This document shows positions 61,553-64,000 of a stretch of 64,000 nt of DNA, in pieces. The translations under genes and the position numbers were made by a program. Origin of the DNA: Gammaproteobacteria bacterium. GTDB lineage: Bacteria; Pseudomonadota; Gammaproteobacteria; Eutrophobiales; Eutrophobiaceae. The DNA is taken from the NCBI GenBank assembly GCA_965116495.1, contig OZ220696.1, positions 2,656,001-2,720,000 of the forward strand. The letters are read 5' to 3'. Below the pieces are notes generated by a model that saw only the letters and a list, made by a program, of their open reading frames with translations, searched no databases and was not told where the DNA came from. Every line of letters starts with the position of its first letter. Within the stretch, counting starts at the first letter, position 1.

Positions 61553-62797
61553 TCAGGCCCAGGATTTAACATCAAAATATACCAATCCATCAGCCCTTAC
61601 CTCCCATCCGACTATAGAGTTGAGATGATAAGGCGCACCCAGACCTCTCTCGTCCCTTAATGCTTCATGGGTAGGCTGGATGTAACCGGTCTGATCAACA
61701 GCACGACTCATAATCACCGCAGGTTTACCCTGCCAGTTCCAGAGGTAACGGAACCGTGTATGGGATTTTGCCAACACAGGTTCCTGAAGTTCCGCAACAG
61801 ACCAGTTCTGTCCGCCATCAGTGCTGACTTCCACTTTTACTATCTTGCCTGCTCCACTCCAGGCAAGACCGCGTACCTCCAGCCACCCGGGTTCTATTTT
61901 CTCCGGATAGGCTGGTGAGGTAATCACCGAATTGGCCTCCATTTCAAAACTGAACTGGCGAATACGGCCATCAGGTAACGGTTCGGAATATTTTGAAGTC
62001 TCTTCCCTGGTCATAAACGGTTGCTCCCCAAGCTCAAGTCGCCGCAACCATTTAATGCTTGTATTGCCTTCCCAGCCGGGCAGCAACAGTCTTACCGGGT
62101 AACCTTGAGCGGGTCGTAATGGTTCACCGTTCTGGGCGTAAGCAACCAGTGCATCATCCCATGCTTTCTCGACGGGAATACTTCGGGTCATGACTGCGGC
62201 ATCATTGCCTTCGGCCAAAAACCAGCTTGCCCTTGGACTGATTCCTGCTTCACGAAACAGCGTGCTGAGCTTTACCCCGGTCCACTCACTCTGGCTGGTG
62301 AGGCCGCGTAAAGTCTGCGGCGTGTTTTTCCTGTCGGCCCAGAAATATTCACCGGTGTTGCCGGAACACTCGATGAAGCACGACCGGGTTATGGCCGGGA
62401 AACGCTTCAACTCGTCAAGTGAAAATTTCAAGGGTCTCTCGACCATGCCATGGATAATCAGCTTGTATTTATCCGGGTCAATCAGCGGTATCCCTCCGTG
62501 ATGACGCTCGAAGTGCAAATCGGCAGGAGTGATTGTTCCGTGTAAATCCTGCAGGGGTGTCGTGGACAAAATATTGGATATTACCTTGCGCTCCGGTTTT
62601 TCGAATGGCGAGCGTTCACCCAAGGCAGCGGGTGGCGCACCCTGCTGTTTAGTCGGATCAATTGTTATATCAGCGACCGTCTTATGTAGTACAGCAACAC
62701 CTGCCGCGCCGGTTGCCGTTGCGGAAAGAAAACGCCTGCGTGAAATCATTGCATCAGACCGGTCAGTCGGTGATTCGGGGTTTTTACTGTTGCTCAT
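61553..62797 (-). CDS. SoxC-like sulfite-oxidase-family molybdoenzyme, Tat-exported
   Basis: SRRRFL, HFERHHGG, FIECSGN (Mo-Cys), GYPVRLLLPGWEG..SIKW. Confidence 0.88.
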   Translation of the reverse strand: MSNSKNPESPTDRSDAMISRRRFLSATATGAAGVAVLHKTVADITIDPTKQQGAPPAALGERSPFEKPERKVISNILSTTPLQDLHGTITPADLHFERHHGGIPLIDPDKYKLIIHGMVERPLKFSLDELKRFPAITRSCFIECSGNTGEYFWADRKNTPQTLRGLTSQSEWTGVKLSTLFREAGISPRASWFLAEGNDAAVMTRSIPVEKAWDDALVAYAQNGEPLRPAQGYPVRLLLPGWEGNTSIKWLRRLELGEQPFMTREETSKYSEPLPDGRIRQFSFEMEANSVITSPAYPEKIEPGWLEVRGLAWSGAGKIVKVEVSTDGGQNWSVAELQEPVLAKSHTRFRYLWNWQGKPAVIMSRAVDQTGYIQPTHEALRDERGLGAPYHLNSIVGWEVRADGLVYFDVKSWA

Positions 62798-63432
62798 TTT
62801 ATCTTGCACCTTCCGTCTGCGACAAAACGGTTACGTGCAGGCATATCTATGCTTGCGAGATTTTCTGCGGTTAGTACCGTTTCCTCCGGTATAAGTTTGT
62901 TCAGGTACAACAGGTAAGCCGTGATACTGTAGACTTCATCGGAACTCAGGCTGCCGGGTGAGGCAAAAGGCATCGAACGATTAATGTAATCAAACAAGGT
63001 GGTGGCGTAAGGCCAGTAATTGCCGATGGTCTTCGCTGCAAACTTTTCATCAGGAAACGGATAGGATTGCGCATCGCCGTGGCCCGCCAATGCATCAAAC
63101 GGTTTCCCCTGTCCATTTTCACCATGACAACTCTGGCACAATGAACCGTAAAGTTTCCTGCCGCCGGATACCGTACCCTTGCCGTCAGGCAGTCCTGATC
63201 CATCCGCAGTTACATCCTTGTCCCAGGCATTGATCTCTTCTGTAGTTGCCATTGTTCCTATTCCGAATAAAGCCGGCCAATCCGGATAATAATCGGGCCC
63301 TGTACCGATAGTGGCCTCATCGCAACTGCTGTTGTCACTTTCAAGAGCAGTTAAACCGTCCCCGGCACTGAACAAAATAATGAAAATTACGGCAGGCAGA
63401 TAAGGATAATTTTCGTTATTCAGTTTCATCAT
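62794..63432 (-). CDS. SoxD-like monoheme cytochrome c
   Basis: GSGLPDGKG, CQSCHG, KTIGNYWPYATTLFDYINRSMPF. Confidence 0.85.
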   Translation of the reverse strand: MMKLNNENYPYLPAVIFIILFSAGDGLTALESDNSSCDEATIGTGPDYYPDWPALFGIGTMATTEEINAWDKDVTADGSGLPDGKGTVSGGRKLYGSLCQSCHGENGQGKPFDALAGHGDAQSYPFPDEKFAAKTIGNYWPYATTLFDYINRSMPFASPGSLSSDEVYSITAYLLYLNKLIPEETVLTAENLASIDMPARNRFVADGRCKIK

Positions 63433-63674
63433 CCTGGATATGTTGCTGTGTACAATAGGATTCCGGGGCCGAAAGCTGTATATGTCATATTTTATATCAT
63501 CAAGTCATCCTGAATACTCGCCTGGTATGATCATTTGCGGCGGTGTGGTACCAATAAACTGCATACAAAATATGAAATATATCTAAAATAACACTGTATG
63601 CCGGTTATTTACGTTAAATATTTCCCGTTTATAAAGACGCCGGGAATCTCATCTGTAACCTAAGGAGACTGGGC

Positions 63675-64000
63675 GTGTTCTTACCAAGCGATCATTCAAA
63701 AACTGCATCAACACTCCCGCGTAACTGCAGCCTGAGTAAAAACGACTGGGAAATCCTGGCCGGCCTCTGGCATCCGGTAGCATTCTCCGGGGATATCGGC
63801 CATAAACCCGTTGCGGCAAAGCTGCTGGACGTGCCCCTGGTCATCTACCGCACCAGTTCGGGCATCACCGTCGCCAAAGACCTTTGCGTACACCGCGGTA
63901 CGCCTCTGAGCCTGGGCTGGCTCAAAGACGATATGATAGTGTGTCCCATGCATGCCCTGCATTACGATGCGGAAGGCAGGTGCCGCCTTATCCCTTCAGT
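63675..64000 (+). CDS. second Rieske oxygenase alpha subunit (partial, runs off the window end)
   Basis: Manual translation after AAGGAG RBS: (M)FLPSD...NDWEILAGLWHPVA...LLDVPLVIYRT...DLCVHRG...CPMHALHY. It is a paralog of the 56670-57704 gene. Confidence 0.85.
   Translation, partial: MFLPSDHSKTASTLPRNCSLSKNDWEILAGLWHPVAFSGDIGHKPVAAKLLDVPLVIYRTSSGITVAKDLCVHRGTPLSLGWLKDDMIVCPMHALHYDAEGRCRLIPS

Noticed and set aside
1-64000. Many long antisense ORFs (e.g. 1462-2322, 8325-9248, 22057-22989)
   Set aside because: They are shadows of well-supported genes on the opposite strand.

Overview
Chromosomal window of a Gammaproteobacterium, inferred from the gatCAB / mreBCD-mrdA-rodA-mltB-rlpA-dacA-dat arrangement. 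From left to right it holds: (1) the leucine/isovalerate liu operon with two LiuR operator palindromes; (2) TTQ aromatic-amine-dehydrogenase-like heavy and light subunit genes without the usual intervening mauED; (3) trpB2 and a truncated ndh; (4) a decaying defence/TA island containing a sacsin/NOV-like GHKL ATPase with rearranged motif order and a DUF3883-like nuclease; (5) FecI/FecR/TonB-receptor/PhoD; (6) VapBC, an acyl-CoA synthetase and core cell-wall genes; (7) an IS1182 plus a MITE stacked at CTAG sites; (8) a (halo)hydroquinone ring-cleavage cluster with two unrelated hydroquinone dioxygenases, a heavily deleted PcpB-like monooxygenase relic, maleylacetate reductase and a fused CoA-transferase, translationally coupled to the 'missing' mauE-mauD; and (9) a taurine/sulfoacetaldehyde region (xsc, tauR, pta, aminotransferase, SoxC/D-like) with Rieske oxygenases, an MFS transporter and a TonB receptor. 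The best candidates for undescribed biology are a possible (halo)aromatic amine to halohydroquinone catabolic system linked through the relocated mauED, and the motif-permuted GHKL ATPase/nuclease. All family assignments come from motif recognition and recalled sequences; no database search was run. No rRNA, tRNA or CRISPR array was seen.
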